Assembly (NCBI GenBank): GCA_963796105.1
Contig: CAWCKJ010000003.1
Location: 64,001-128,000, forward strand
Origin: a candidate division FCPU426 bacterium
Lineage (GTDB): Bacteria; Oederibacteriota; Muellerivitia; Muellerivitales; Muellerivitaceae
Direction: 5' to 3'
Length of the DNA: 64,000 bases
A program made the position numbers and the translations under genes. This document shows positions 40,003 to 51,643 of the stretch, piece by piece; position 1 is the stretch's first letter, and the number at the start of each line of letters is the position of its first letter. A model generated the notes under the pieces. It did not search any database, was not told the DNA's origin, and was given only the letters and a program-made list of their open reading frames with translations.

Positions 40003-40758
40003 ATGAGAACCAGCCTGTTCATTTTGCTATCCGCTTTTCTTTTGCCGCTCGGGGCCCTCGCGCAGGAGGAGCACGCGCCTGTTTTGGGGTTGAATCTCGA
40101 CCTGACGGGCCGGGGCGCCTACGCTGGTAATGGAGGGCCGTCCCTGGCGGGCGGGGCCGGATTGAAAGCCTTCGGCGATGTCAGACCGTTGGATTTTCTC
40201 TCGATTGGCACAGGATTTGATTTCGCCGAATATCCCGGTAATGGTTCCTGGCAGGTCCTGACTTGGAACCTGGGGGTAAGGATTTTCCCATTGTCCGGCA
40301 TGGAACAGAACAAGGGAACGGAGTGGTACCTGCAAGGGGAAGCAGGATTGAATTTAACTGGATCAACCTTGGAGAAACATTGGCCTGGTACAGGCCTGGT
40401 GGAGTTGGGGATGGGCTTCAGGTCCTTTGTTTTAGGGCCGGGCCAAGCCCTTGATTTTGGGGCCTTCTACGATTTTTACACTCCATTCGCCAATCCTTTG
40501 CAGGCAGTGGGTATCAAGGCTGGAATGACTTGGCTCTTCGGACAGGAAGCAGTCTCAACTCCAACTCCTACTGCCACACCAACTGCGGTAAAGACAACCT
40601 CCATAAAACCCACCCCGGCCTTGACCCCAAAAGCTGCGAAAAAACCCGTAAAAATTGATTATAAAAAACCCCGCCATCGGATTCATAAAGATGATCTGGG
40701 AGATGGCGAAGAGATCCCATTGCCTGCGGCCACTCCCTCCTCTTCGGATTCCCAATAA
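40003..40758 (+). CDS. Outer-membrane beta-barrel-like protein, paralog of upstream gene, with Thr/Pro/Lys-rich tail
   Basis: Signal peptide; blocks align with the upstream barrel (DVRPLDFLSIG, EWYLQG, PLQAVGIKAGMTWLFG). Confidence 0.65.
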   Translation: MRTSLFILLSAFLLPLGALAQEEHAPVLGLNLDLTGRGAYAGNGGPSLAGGAGLKAFGDVRPLDFLSIGTGFDFAEYPGNGSWQVLTWNLGVRIFPLSGMEQNKGTEWYLQGEAGLNLTGSTLEKHWPGTGLVELGMGFRSFVLGPGQALDFGAFYDFYTPFANPLQAVGIKAGMTWLFGQEAVSTPTPTATPTAVKTTSIKPTPALTPKAAKKPVKIDYKKPRHRIHKDDLGDGEEIPLPAATPSSSDSQ

Positions 40759-40787
40759 GCCCAAAAGCCATTCCCGCGGGAGAATAA

Positions 40788-41321
40788 ATGGAACATATCA
40801 GGTGGGTTCTTTTTGGCGTCGGTTCCGCCGGGATCGTTTATTTTTCCTGGTGGCTTTCGATCAGGGAAGGGCGCTACCACGGTATCGCCCGGTTTTTCGT
40901 CTTTGAGGGAATCCTGGCCACGATCCTTTTGAACGCGCCGGTCTGGTTCATGAATCCCTGGTCGGTACGTCAAATCGTTTCCTGGGTCCTCCTCTTCGGC
41001 TCCCTGATTCCCGCTTTATATGGGTATTTGCTCCTGAAAAAAATGGGGAAGCCCACGGGAAATTTCGAGAACACCTCCCGTCTGGTTATTACCGGGATAT
41101 ACCGTTATATTCGACATCCACTTTACGCCTCATTGGTTTGGTTCGCTTGGGGGGCTTACCTGAAGGATATCAACGGCTTAACCAGTCTTTTGGCGGCCAT
41201 GAACACGATAGCCCTATTTCTAACGTCTAAAATCGAGGAAGGGGAGATGCTGGCCAAATTCGGGGATGAATATAGGGAGTACATGAAGAAGACCAGCCGT
41301 TTCATCCCAGGAGTTTTCTAA
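40788..41321 (+). CDS. Isoprenylcysteine carboxylmethyltransferase / PEMT family membrane protein
   Basis: LVITGIYRYIRHPLY, EEGEML.KFG.EY.EY.KKT.RFIP. Confidence 0.85.
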   Translation: MEHIRWVLFGVGSAGIVYFSWWLSIREGRYHGIARFFVFEGILATILLNAPVWFMNPWSVRQIVSWVLLFGSLIPALYGYLLLKKMGKPTGNFENTSRLVITGIYRYIRHPLYASLVWFAWGAYLKDINGLTSLLAAMNTIALFLTSKIEEGEMLAKFGDEYREYMKKTSRFIPGVF

Positions 41322-41356
41322 AACATTAAAAAGTTTATTTGTATCATCTGTGTTAA

Positions 41357-42529
<1,173 letters not shown>

Positions 42530-42839
42530 GCATTGATTTTTCGTCGAGATGCACTTTAAACGAAAATCCGCTTATTTACGCCATTTGATGGCTACGTTTT
42601 CGAAGAATTCCCACCTTTCTTCTTAAAACTATAAAATATTGGAACTTCAAAATAATTGTCCGCCAATGGTTCGAGTCCAACCCGGGGAGCCATATGCCAC
42701 CTTATGGCCTGAGCTGGAATCGACCTTGGTATTTATCGACTTGGCCTCTTGCCCAGAGCTTGGGCAAAATCCACTTTTTCGCGAAAGTTTTGTCCAGACT
42801 CTAGATAAAATTGACGTGAATTTTAGCTTATGGCCATAG

Positions 42840-42960
42840 ATTTGTCCCGCGGCGGGACAAATAACCCCCTTAGGATCGAATCGCGCAACTTTTTCGGAAT
42901 CGCGCAAGTTCGAATCGCGCAACTTTGGGGAATCGCGCAATAGGTTCTGATTCGCGCAAC
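42840..42960. repeat. 23-bp palindrome followed by five GA(A/T)TCGCGCAA direct repeats
   Basis: ATTTGTCCCGC-G-GCGGGACAAAT (42840-42862); motif copies at 42878, 42897, 42912, 42930, 42949. Confidence 0.8.
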
Positions 42961-43063
42961 ATCCCAGGTTCCAATCTTGCAGGTGGAAAACCAATATCCA
43001 CCACAGGGACTCAGAGACTCAGCTTTGGTCCTGATTTATTGAAAAAATAACCCCTCCATGCCA

Positions 43064-43290
43064 ACAGATGTTCCCAGTAATGTGGGCGGGTTATCTCCCA
43101 TGTCGCCGGAAATGTGGGCGGTTTATCTTCCTTTCCGGCAGATGTTCCTAGGCATGTGGGCGGGTTATCCTCGCTTCCCAACGGATGTTCCCAGCAATGT
43201 GGGCGGGTTATCTCTCATGTCGCTGGAAATGTGGGCGGTTTATCCCCCTTTCCGACAGATGTTCCCAGGTATGTGGGCGGTTTATCCTCA
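43064..43290. repeat. Array of six ATGTGGGCGG(G/T)TTATC motifs with a 117-bp higher-order unit
   Basis: Motif starts 43080, 43112, 43154, 43197, 43229, 43271 (spacings 32, 42, 43, 32, 42). Confidence 0.85.
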
Positions 43291-43337
43291 ACTCCCGACA
43301 GCAATTTCGGTTCCGTTTAATGGGTTAGCTCCCCTTG

Positions 43338-43767
43338 CCGGTATTTCCGTCGGCTACCCAGGATAACCTGGTGACACCTACCGGCATTTTCGTCGGTAAG
43401 CTGGGATAACCTGGTGACACCCACCGGCATTTTCGTCGGTAAGCCGGGATAACCTGGTGACAGCAACCGGCATTTTCGTCGGTAAGCCGGGATAACCTGG
43501 TGACACCCACCGGCATTTTCGTCGGTAAGCCGGGATAACCTGGTGACAGCAACCGGCATTTTCGTCGGTAAGCCGGGATAACCTGGTGACACCTACCGGC
43601 ATTTTCGTCGGTAAGCCGGGATAACCTGGTGACACCTACCGGCATTTTCGTCGGTAAGCCGGGATAACCTGGTGACACCTACCGGTATTTTCGCCGGTAA
43701 GCCGGGATAACCTGGTGACACCTACCGGTATTTCCGTCGGTAAGCCAGGATAACCTGGTGACAGCAA
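43338..43767. repeat. Ten tandem copies of a 43-bp unit, followed by about three 22-bp units to about 43845
   Basis: CCGGCATTTTCGTCGGTAAGCCGGGATAACCTGGTGACACCTA at exact 43-bp period; no unique spacers. Confidence 0.95.
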
Positions 43768-43928
43768 CCGAGGTTTCCGTTGGCCGGGGTCGGTATTTCC
43801 GTTGGCTGGAGTCGGGGTTTCCGTTGGCTGGCGGCCGGATTTTCGCCGTCCATCCCATGTATCCCCTGAATCCGTGGCGAAAATTCTTTATCCTTAAATT
43901 TGGCAGTGGTTAGTCAATGACTGAGTGT

Positions 43929-44864
43929 TTAAGACCTCAGGCGGCCGGAATCCTTTTCTTCACGGAAGCTTTGGTAGGTTTTGCAGATACCTTCCTCCAA
44001 GCCGATCTTGGCCTTCCAGCCCAGGGCGGTGAGGCGGGATACATCCAGGAGCTTGCGGGGAGTGCCATCGGGTTTGGAAGAATCCCAGACCACCTTACCC
44101 TTGAATCCGACAGCGGCGGAAACCAGGTTAGCCAGGTCCTTGATGGAAACATCCTCGCCTACCCCCACGTTCACCCAGTCCGGCGGGTTGTCGAGGCCTA
44201 ATAGGAAAGCGCAGGCGTCGGCCAGATCGTCAACGTGCAGGAACTCCCGCTTGGGAGAGCCCGTGCCCCAAAGGGTTACGTCCGGCAATCCCTCTGTTTT
44301 GGCCTTGTGGAACTTTGAGATCATTGCGGGAAGCACGTGGGAATCCGTCGGATGGTAGTTGTCCCCGGGCCCGTAAAGGTTGGTGGGCATGACGGAATGA
44401 TATAGAACCCCGAATTGGGAGCGGTAATGTTGGCAGAGTTTCAAGCCGGCGATCTTGGCGATGGCGTAGGCCTCGTTGGTCGGCTCCAGGGGGCCGGTCA
44501 AGAGGCAGGATTCCGGCATGGGCTGGGGAGCGTGCCGGGGATAGATGCAGGAGCTTCCCAGGAACAAAAGCCTTTTAATGCCGGCTTGGAATGATCCCTC
44601 GATGCAATTCAAGGCGATAATCAGGTTCTCCCGGATGAAATCAGCCGGATAGCTCTCATTGGCCAGGATACCGCCCACCTTGGCCGCCGCCACAATGACC
44701 GCGTCCGGTTTTTCCTTCAGCAGGAAATCATGGGTTTTCTTCTGGTCCTTGAGGTTCAATTCCTTGAAGGTGCGCAGGAGAAGTTGGACTGATTTGTCGC
44801 CAGTGTAACGGCGCACTAACGCCGAACCCACCATTCCGTTATGGCCCGCGATGAATAGTTTCAT
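43929..44864 (-). CDS. fcl: GDP-L-fucose synthase
   Basis: [69 protein letters not shown]. Confidence 0.96.
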   Translation of the reverse strand: MKLFIAGHNGMVGSALVRRYTGDKSVQLLLRTFKELNLKDQKKTHDFLLKEKPDAVIVAAAKVGGILANESYPADFIRENLIIALNCIEGSFQAGIKRLLFLGSSCIYPRHAPQPMPESCLLTGPLEPTNEAYAIAKIAGLKLCQHYRSQFGVLYHSVMPTNLYGPGDNYHPTDSHVLPAMISKFHKAKTEGLPDVTLWGTGSPKREFLHVDDLADACAFLLGLDNPPDWVNVGVGEDVSIKDLANLVSAAVGFKGKVVWDSSKPDGTPRKLLDVSRLTALGWKAKIGLEEGICKTYQSFREEKDSGRLRS

Positions 44865-45209
44865 GGATGATCCTTAGACCCGGTAGGGCGAAAATGTGTT
44901 TATAAAACTATTTCATAACTGCCCAAATAGAACAAAAAACTCAGAAACAAATATTTAAACAATTAAGAATACTTAAACCCGAAAAACTTCAAACAAAACC
45001 AAGTCCTTTGCCACGGATTCAGGGGATGCAGGGGGATAGACCCAAAAAAGCTTTATACTTATGTTTTTTTAAATTCCATTAATCCCATGTATGCCAGCCT
45101 TCTATAAAGCTTTTAATGTGGCTGGTATGATACCGATCTCATTATGTTTTTGTGGATGATCGGCATATCCGTGGCTAAGTATTATTTTGGACAGTGTAGT
45201 ATTTTTTAA

Positions 45210-46250
45210 TTAAGAATCCCTTTTCTTTTCGCGAACGGCCAATTCAAGGTCGTGATCCACCATGCGGCGGATCAACTGCTGGAAAGAAGTCTCGTTCCGC
45301 CAGCCCAGCGCCCGTCTCGCCTTGGAGGAATTGCCCCTTAGGAAATCCACCTCGGAGGGGCGGAAATACATGGGGTCGATTTTCACGTATTTCTTCCAGT
45401 CCAGCCCCGCGTAGCCGAAAGCCTCCTCCGCCATCTCCCGCACCGAATAGGCCTTTCCGGTCGCGACAACGTAATCATCCGGCTTGGGTTTTTGGAGCAT
45501 GAGCCACATGGCCTTGACGAATTCCTTGGCGTCGCCCCAGTCGCGCTTGGCGTCCAGGTTGCCGAGGAACAAGTCTTTTTGGAGCCCGACCTTGATCCTG
45601 CCCACGGCCCTGGTGACTTTCCGGGTCACGAAGGTTTCGCCCCTCCTTTCGCTCTCGTGGTTGAAAAGGATGCCGTTGGAAATATAAAGGCCGTAGGCCT
45701 CGCGGTAGTTCTTGGCCGACCAGAAGGCGTAAAGCTTGGAGACCCCGTAGGGGCTTCTGGGATGGAAGGGGCTGGTTTCGGTGTAGCCGGATTTGGGACA
45801 GTCCATGCCCCCGTAAAGTTCCGAACTGCTGGCCTGGTAGAAGCGGGCCTTGGGACAAGCGCCCCTCATGGCCTCCAGGAGCTTGAGGGTTCCCACGCCG
45901 GTTACCTCGCCGGTATATTCCGGCTGGTCGAAGGATACCCTTACATGGCTCATGGCGCCGAGGTTGTAAATCTCATCCGGCAGAATCTTGGCCAGGAGCT
46001 TGAAGAGCCCCGAGGAATCGGAAAGGTCGCCGTAATGGAGAAAAAACCTGCGGCCGTGGACATGGGGATCCTGGTAGATATGGTCAATGCGCCCCGTGTT
46101 GAAAACAGAGGAGCGCCGGATGAGGCCGTGCACTTCATAGTTTTTTTCCAGGAGGAGGTCAGCCAGCCAGGAGCCATCCTGGCCCGTAATACCGGTCACG
46201 AATGCCTTGCGGATTTTTTTTGTCTTACCGGCCTTACCGCTATTTTTCAT
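45210..46250 (-). CDS. gmd: GDP-mannose 4,6-dehydratase
   Basis: [66 protein letters not shown]. Confidence 0.96.
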   Translation of the reverse strand: MKNSGKAGKTKKIRKAFVTGITGQDGSWLADLLLEKNYEVHGLIRRSSVFNTGRIDHIYQDPHVHGRRFFLHYGDLSDSSGLFKLLAKILPDEIYNLGAMSHVRVSFDQPEYTGEVTGVGTLKLLEAMRGACPKARFYQASSSELYGGMDCPKSGYTETSPFHPRSPYGVSKLYAFWSAKNYREAYGLYISNGILFNHESERRGETFVTRKVTRAVGRIKVGLQKDLFLGNLDAKRDWGDAKEFVKAMWLMLQKPKPDDYVVATGKAYSVREMAEEAFGYAGLDWKKYVKIDPMYFRPSEVDFLRGNSSKARRALGWRNETSFQQLIRRMVDHDLELAVREKKRDS

Positions 46251-46280
46251 TTCATCCACTCCGCTTATAAAAATCAAATA

Positions 46281-46315
46281 TCACCACGGGTTCTTTCAGA
46301 ACCACAAAGGCACAG
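46281..46315. repeat. Dispersed repeat copy with compensatory hairpin change
   Basis: TCACCACG-GGTTCT TTC AGAACC-ACAAAGGCACAG. Confidence 0.75.
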
Positions 46316-46521
46316 TAGGGAAAAGCTTCAATATTTTGTTGCCTAAAATCCAGCAACAACTTACTTCGGTGCAAAGCCCCACTGTTTAAAGAAGTGATGT
46401 TGTTAGAGCTTACTAATATTAAAGAACGATTAGAAGGTGGTAAAGCTGCATCATTTTACCTTAAAAAGGATTTATCTGCTCATAAGTTCAAATTTCGAAA
46501 CCGGAGGATTCGAATTATTTT

Positions 46522-48909
46522 TTATGCGGTTAGGCCCAGACGGCGGAGAGGTGCGGACAAACGAGGCCGGATTAGGGGCCAAACGCTGCAAAGTATTGCC
46601 AGGAGTACCCAGAAGGCAAGCGTAACCGCCGAACAAACATAAAGAAGGACAGGTTTGTAATCCATCCTCACCAGGTGTTTTCCAGGTTTATCCAGAACTA
46701 CGGCCCTGAAGACGCCGTCCGCCCTGAGGATGGGTTTTTCCACCCCATCCACTGTGGCCTTCCAGTAAGGGTAATAGGGATCGGATAGGAAGAGGATGGC
46801 CGCCTGACTAGTTTGACAGGATATTTCAACGCTCCTATTCCCGTAATGAGTGATATCGGCAGGCCCGAGATAGCCTTTGTTCCATTGGGGCCTTTCTACG
46901 GGAACTTGTTCCAACATCACCTCGTTTCGGATATCTAGACTTCCGGTTTGAATGACGTTGATGGCATTTGCCGGATCAGAAACGAGGATATATCCGCCCA
47001 CTAGGAAAGCCCTGGGAAGGGCCTTGGTATTCACGACGGTATTGTCCATGAAGGGTTTCCAGCGTTCCGTGGGATGGCCGTACAAGGTGGGAGTGTAAAG
47101 ATATTTGAGGCTTACTAAGTCCGAAAGGGGAGTGTCCCAATTATCGCGCATGGCTTCCAAATAGCCATAAGCTTCCCGAATAATAATGGCGTAGGTGAAG
47201 GTGCTAATAAGCTGGGAAACTTTGCTGAATAATTCGAAATCGGAGTTGTATCCGGATTGGACCCGGGGATAATTTTTATCCTCCAGGATTTTAGGCCAGG
47301 CTTTTCCGGGAAACATCGCGCGGCCTTTTAAAAAATAATCCCGGTCCGCTGTTTTTACGAAACCAATGTCGTATTGCCAAAGGTCCCCGGCCGTATCCGC
47401 CAATAGGAGAACCTGGAGGGTTGCAGCGAGGGCCAATACCAGTCTCCTTTTACCAAGCGAGAACACTTTTAAGCGGTGATTCCAGAGATCGACCAATTCA
47501 TTTAGGGAAAGACCCGCAGCGCAGGAAAGGCAAAAGAGGGACAAGAGCATGATCCGGGCTACGCTTCGGTTATGGGAAAAGCCCGGGAAATAATCGTAGA
47601 AAAACTGAAAAACCCGGTGGGTGAGGGGAGTGGAGTCCGCCATAGCCAACAGGGTGAAAAGAACGGTCAGGAGCCAGAACCACCCGATCATCAGTTTGCG
47701 CCTGACGAGGAACAAACCGCATACCGCCAACAAAATGGGAATCAGGCCCATGTAAGTCGCCATCTCGTGGTAACCCCAATGGCCAGTGACTTCGTAAGTT
47801 CGATCCTGGGGGGAGCCCCTGAAGAAAGGATCGATAAAATACCGAAAGTTCCCCAGGTTCGTGAAGTCCGTCATAATGTCTTTGTAAGTCCAACCCCAGC
47901 GGTTGCTGAGCCTAATGAACTGCCAGGAGGGAATCCAGAGGCAGGGGGATAATAGGGCGGAAAGAAAGGAAACTGAAACACCGCCCAGGATGAGTTTCCA
48001 AAAGCTGATTATTTTCCGGAACCAAAAGATGAGGAGGAAAAACCCGATCATCATGAAGGAGTAAAAGGTCATCTGGGGATGGCCTTCCAGGATTTGAAGG
48101 CCCATCAGGATTCCGGCGATTGCCAAGCGCGAAATTTTAGAGTCCTCGCAATAGCGCTTCAGGAAAAACAAAACCAACGGGAACCAGGAAGCGGCCCAGA
48201 CCATGTTGATTCCCCCGGCGTAGGCGTGGGCCAGGAAAAAGCTGGAGAAGGCGAAGGCCATCCCGCCCAGGAAAGAACCCCAGACCCCGCCTCCCAAGGT
48301 CCTGATGAAAAGATAAGTCCCGAAAGCCGCGAGGAATAAATGAGCGAAACTGACCCAGGTCATGGCCCAGGAGAGGGGGAGGAAAAAGTAAAGCAGTGAA
48401 AAAGGGGAAAAGACCGAGAGGTACATGGTTTCTGGAAGGGGCTGGCCCAGGCTGGCGAAGGGTTCCCAAAGGGCGGGATCGCCCGACTTGAGGCTTTCCA
48501 CCCAGAAATGACGGAATGGATAAACGAAGCCCATGTCCTGGAGCCCCCAAACCTCGCGGGGATGGCAAAGGGGTTCCCAAAGGATCGCCGTGATGAAGAG
48601 GAGATACAAAACCGCCGCGAGGAAAGAGGCGCTGTCCCTTATGGCGACCGGCTCATTTTCGGGATTGAACGGTTTTGCGGGGACTACCCCTGCTTCTGAA
48701 AACTCAGGGGAGGTTTTATCAGGCATGCGGAGTCCGAGTAGGGTATACGCGCCCAAGACCAGGATCGTAAGAGCCAATAGAAAATACAGGCGGTTGTGAA
48801 GGGGGGAAGCGATGAAATACATGTATTGGGCGGCCAGGAACAAGAAACAAACGCCCCAATAGGGATATTGGACAAGGAGAGGGTTTTGGGATCGTGGATT
48901 TCCGTTCAT
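46522..48909 (-). CDS. YfhO-family membrane protein (GT-C fold)
   Basis: YPFR....SG.PALW.P...GQP, GHPQ, multiple TM helices, C-terminal ALPRAF, LFLSDPYYPYWKATVDG, RADGVFRAV, final TM. Confidence 0.82.
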   Translation of the reverse strand: MNGNPRSQNPLLVQYPYWGVCFLFLAAQYMYFIASPLHNRLYFLLALTILVLGAYTLLGLRMPDKTSPEFSEAGVVPAKPFNPENEPVAIRDSASFLAAVLYLLFITAILWEPLCHPREVWGLQDMGFVYPFRHFWVESLKSGDPALWEPFASLGQPLPETMYLSVFSPFSLLYFFLPLSWAMTWVSFAHLFLAAFGTYLFIRTLGGGVWGSFLGGMAFAFSSFFLAHAYAGGINMVWAASWFPLVLFFLKRYCEDSKISRLAIAGILMGLQILEGHPQMTFYSFMMIGFFLLIFWFRKIISFWKLILGGVSVSFLSALLSPCLWIPSWQFIRLSNRWGWTYKDIMTDFTNLGNFRYFIDPFFRGSPQDRTYEVTGHWGYHEMATYMGLIPILLAVCGLFLVRRKLMIGWFWLLTVLFTLLAMADSTPLTHRVFQFFYDYFPGFSHNRSVARIMLLSLFCLSCAAGLSLNELVDLWNHRLKVFSLGKRRLVLALAATLQVLLLADTAGDLWQYDIGFVKTADRDYFLKGRAMFPGKAWPKILEDKNYPRVQSGYNSDFELFSKVSQLISTFTYAIIIREAYGYLEAMRDNWDTPLSDLVSLKYLYTPTLYGHPTERWKPFMDNTVVNTKALPRAFLVGGYILVSDPANAINVIQTGSLDIRNEVMLEQVPVERPQWNKGYLGPADITHYGNRSVEISCQTSQAAILFLSDPYYPYWKATVDGVEKPILRADGVFRAVVLDKPGKHLVRMDYKPVLLYVCSAVTLAFWVLLAILCSVWPLIRPRLSAPLRRLGLTA

Positions 48910-48963
48910 TTTTCCGCGGCCCTTACGCTTCGGATGAGAACAACATTGAAAGGAAAATAAATG

Positions 48964-49392
48964 TTAATTTGAGGGAGTATCTGGATCGCCCGTGTCACCG
49001 ATATCCTTTCCGTTTTCGTCCAGCATTTTCTCGATTTGATTATATTGATCGATTGAAAAGTCCTGCCTGCCGTTTTCTTTCATCCACTCATATTTTTGTT
49101 TCGTGATGCTTTTAATTGCTTCCCTTAGGGTTTGGGTCTGGGCGTCGGTGATCCTGCCGGCCCTCTGGGCATCCGTGATTTTTTGGCGCTGGGCGTCTAT
49201 CCGTAATGTGACCTTGTAAAGATTGGGCCTGGTGGAGGGGATAACGGGTATTTTCCCTTTTTTCCCATTGTGTTTAACCGGTGTCGGCGTTTTTTGGGGG
49301 GCTTGAGTGGGAACTGGGGTGGGATCGGCTTGAACGAGGCTGGCGCTGAATAGCAGAACTGCCCCGAGTATTGTTATGTATATTGCCTTCAT
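48964..49392 (-). CDS. Secreted hypothetical protein
   Basis: GGAGG RBS, signal peptide MKAIY...VQA, Pro/Thr-rich start, short helical domain. Confidence 0.6.
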   Translation of the reverse strand: MKAIYITILGAVLLFSASLVQADPTPVPTQAPQKTPTPVKHNGKKGKIPVIPSTRPNLYKVTLRIDAQRQKITDAQRAGRITDAQTQTLREAIKSITKQKYEWMKENGRQDFSIDQYNQIEKMLDENGKDIGDTGDPDTPSN

Positions 49393-49502
49393 TTTTCCTC
49401 CAACGAGGTTCTTAAAAACCATTATGGCATATCATCCGGCTTTTGGGCTTTCAAGGGGAAAAAGCCGGAAGCGGGCATGGCTGTTATAATGACATGCGGC
49501 TT

Positions 49503-51560
49503 ATGGACAAGGCCACATCAATCGATTTTTCTAAAAGGGAAACTTTGGGAAATCCTTCCGAGAGCGGAATAAAAACGTCGCAAAGGGACCGGCGTTTGTT
49601 TTGGTTCCTGGCCCTCCTTCCGGTTTTCCTGACCTTTTTGGCTTACCTGCCTTCTTTAAGCAACGGTTTCGTCAATTGGGACGATCCGGACAACATCCAG
49701 AACAACCTCCATATCCGATCCCTGGACGCCTCCTCTTTGGGCTGGATGCTCAGTTCCTTCTACCAGGGCTTTTGGTTTCCCCTAACGCTCTTTTCCCTCG
49801 CCCTGGATTACGCCATCGGGAGTTTGAACCCTGGGATTTACCACCTTCACAGCCTTCTCTTGCATTGCCTGAACACCTTCCTATTCTTTCTTTTTTGCTC
49901 GCGGTTTTTGACCTTAGCTCGGAGAGCCTCGGGGCTGGAAAATAGGACCGATGCCGGCGGCTGGGTGGTGAAATCCTCTTTCCTGGCCGCGCTCTTTTTC
50001 GGACTGAGCCCGGTCCATGTGGAAACGGTGGCTTGGGCGACTGACCGAAAGGATGTCCTCTGCGGGTTTTTCTACTTGGGCTCCCTCCTGGTTTACGTGG
50101 ATTACGCTTCAAGCTCGAAAAAGTGGAAACTATATGCCTGCCTCGGTCTTTTCCTGCTCGCGCTGATGTCCAAACCCATGGCCGTGACCCTTCCCCTTGT
50201 TTTTCTTCTGCTGGACGCCTGGCCCTTCAAGAGATTTGGAATAAAGGCTCTCTTGGAGAAATTCCCATTTTTGGCTGCTTCGGCGCTGGTCAGTTGGATG
50301 GCTCTCTTGGCTGAGAAACAGGTGGGTGCCATGCCGAGCGTCGAGGAAATTCCCTTTATTTACAGAATCGCTAATTCGCTTCATTCGATATTTTTTCATT
50401 TGTGGAAAATGATCGTCCCAGTGGATTTGACCGCGCTTTATCCCTTGGCGATCCATACGGAAATCGCTTCATTGAGGAACTTGGGCTTGCTGATCCTGTT
50501 TTTGTCGATTTCCTGGCTTTGCTTTTATGGCCGAAAGAAATGGCCCTTTCTGAGTTTGGCATGGCTGGGCTATTTAGTCATTTTGGCGCCTGTCTCAGGA
50601 CTTCTTCAAGTGGGCGGTTTAGCCGCCGCGGACCGTTACACTTATTTGACCTGCCTTGGGCCTTTTATTCTTTTAGCCTCAGGGATCGGGGCACTTGTTT
50701 CAAATCGAAACAAAATCACCGTCGTTGGGACTGTGGTCCTTGTATTTTTGATGGGCATGGGGACGATCAGGCAAGCCGGGACATGGAAGGACTCCGTCTC
50801 CCTTTGGGAAAATGTCCTGAAAATATATCCCGGCCTTTCCGGTGCGGCCTATTCCAACCTGGCACTGGCCTATGAAGGCGCGGGCAGGGGAGAAGAGGCC
50901 CTGCGCGCGAACGACCAGGCCTTAGCGCTTAATCCCCGCTCCGCCCATTTCCATGATCAAAAGGGTTTTCTTCTTTTCTACAAGGGGATGACCACTGAAG
51001 CCATTCAGGAGTTCAAGACGGCGATATTATTGGATCCCAAACAAGCCACGGCGCACAGGAACCTGGCGAACGCCGAATTGAAAACCGGGAATCCCCAGGA
51101 CGCCGAAAAAGATTTTGAGACGGCTGTCGAGATTGATCCTGGATTGGCCGACGCCCATAACTCCTTGGGCGCCCTATACCTGAGCCGAAATCAAAAAGAC
51201 CAGGCTCTCTCGGAGCTCAACCAAGCCCAAGCCTTGGAGCCTGAAAACATGAAATACTTGTTGGACTTGGCTTATGTTTACCAAAAATACGGGAAGTACG
51301 ACGAGGCCATTGACCTGTTCAAGCGCGGGATCGAGTTAAATCCGGGGCAGGGGGTTTATTATTTGGACCTGGGGATCGCTTATTACTTGAAGGGAATGTA
51401 CCAGGAGGCTTCCGAGCAATTGAAAAAGGCCTCCGAGCTGGAACCGAAGAACTCGGATATTCTCCGGAAACTGGGATTGGCCTACGCGCGGTTGGGGAAA
51501 AAAGACTTGGCGGTCGAGACCATCCGGAAGGCCATGGCTTTGGAAGCGGCAAAGCCTTAA
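49503..51560 (+). CDS. TMTC-like membrane protein with C-terminal TPRs (putative protein O-mannosyltransferase)
   Basis: FVNWDD, PLT..S.ALDY, YH...LLLH.LN, P.HVETVAW...RKD, ALMSKPMAVTLP, LLEKFPF, AADRYTY, WKDSVSLW, then TPRs. Start approximate. Confidence 0.82.
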   Translation: MDKATSIDFSKRETLGNPSESGIKTSQRDRRLFWFLALLPVFLTFLAYLPSLSNGFVNWDDPDNIQNNLHIRSLDASSLGWMLSSFYQGFWFPLTLFSLALDYAIGSLNPGIYHLHSLLLHCLNTFLFFLFCSRFLTLARRASGLENRTDAGGWVVKSSFLAALFFGLSPVHVETVAWATDRKDVLCGFFYLGSLLVYVDYASSSKKWKLYACLGLFLLALMSKPMAVTLPLVFLLLDAWPFKRFGIKALLEKFPFLAASALVSWMALLAEKQVGAMPSVEEIPFIYRIANSLHSIFFHLWKMIVPVDLTALYPLAIHTEIASLRNLGLLILFLSISWLCFYGRKKWPFLSLAWLGYLVILAPVSGLLQVGGLAAADRYTYLTCLGPFILLASGIGALVSNRNKITVVGTVVLVFLMGMGTIRQAGTWKDSVSLWENVLKIYPGLSGAAYSNLALAYEGAGRGEEALRANDQALALNPRSAHFHDQKGFLLFYKGMTTEAIQEFKTAILLDPKQATAHRNLANAELKTGNPQDAEKDFETAVEIDPGLADAHNSLGALYLSRNQKDQALSELNQAQALEPENMKYLLDLAYVYQKYGKYDEAIDLFKRGIELNPGQGVYYLDLGIAYYLKGMYQEASEQLKKASELEPKNSDILRKLGLAYARLGKKDLAVETIRKAMALEAAKP

Positions 51561-51643
51561 GTATGGAAATTGTTTGCCTCTTTAAACAAACCCTTTAAAA
51601 CCCTATAATTTCCAGCTCTATTTACATCAAAGACGAAGGAACT

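Noticed and set aside
43058..43678. Short ORFs over the repeat arrays (MSPGYPGLPTK..., MPTDVPSNV...)
   Set aside because: The same peptides recur in all three frames because the period is 43 bp; these are artefacts of the repeat.
43338..43767. CRISPR array
   Set aside because: Units are head-to-tail with no unique spacers, and no cas genes are in the window.
42540..43900. oriC / DnaA-box cluster
   Set aside because: TTATCC and TGTGG half-matches occur, but I saw no full TTATCCACA boxes, and no dnaA, dnaN or rep gene is nearby.
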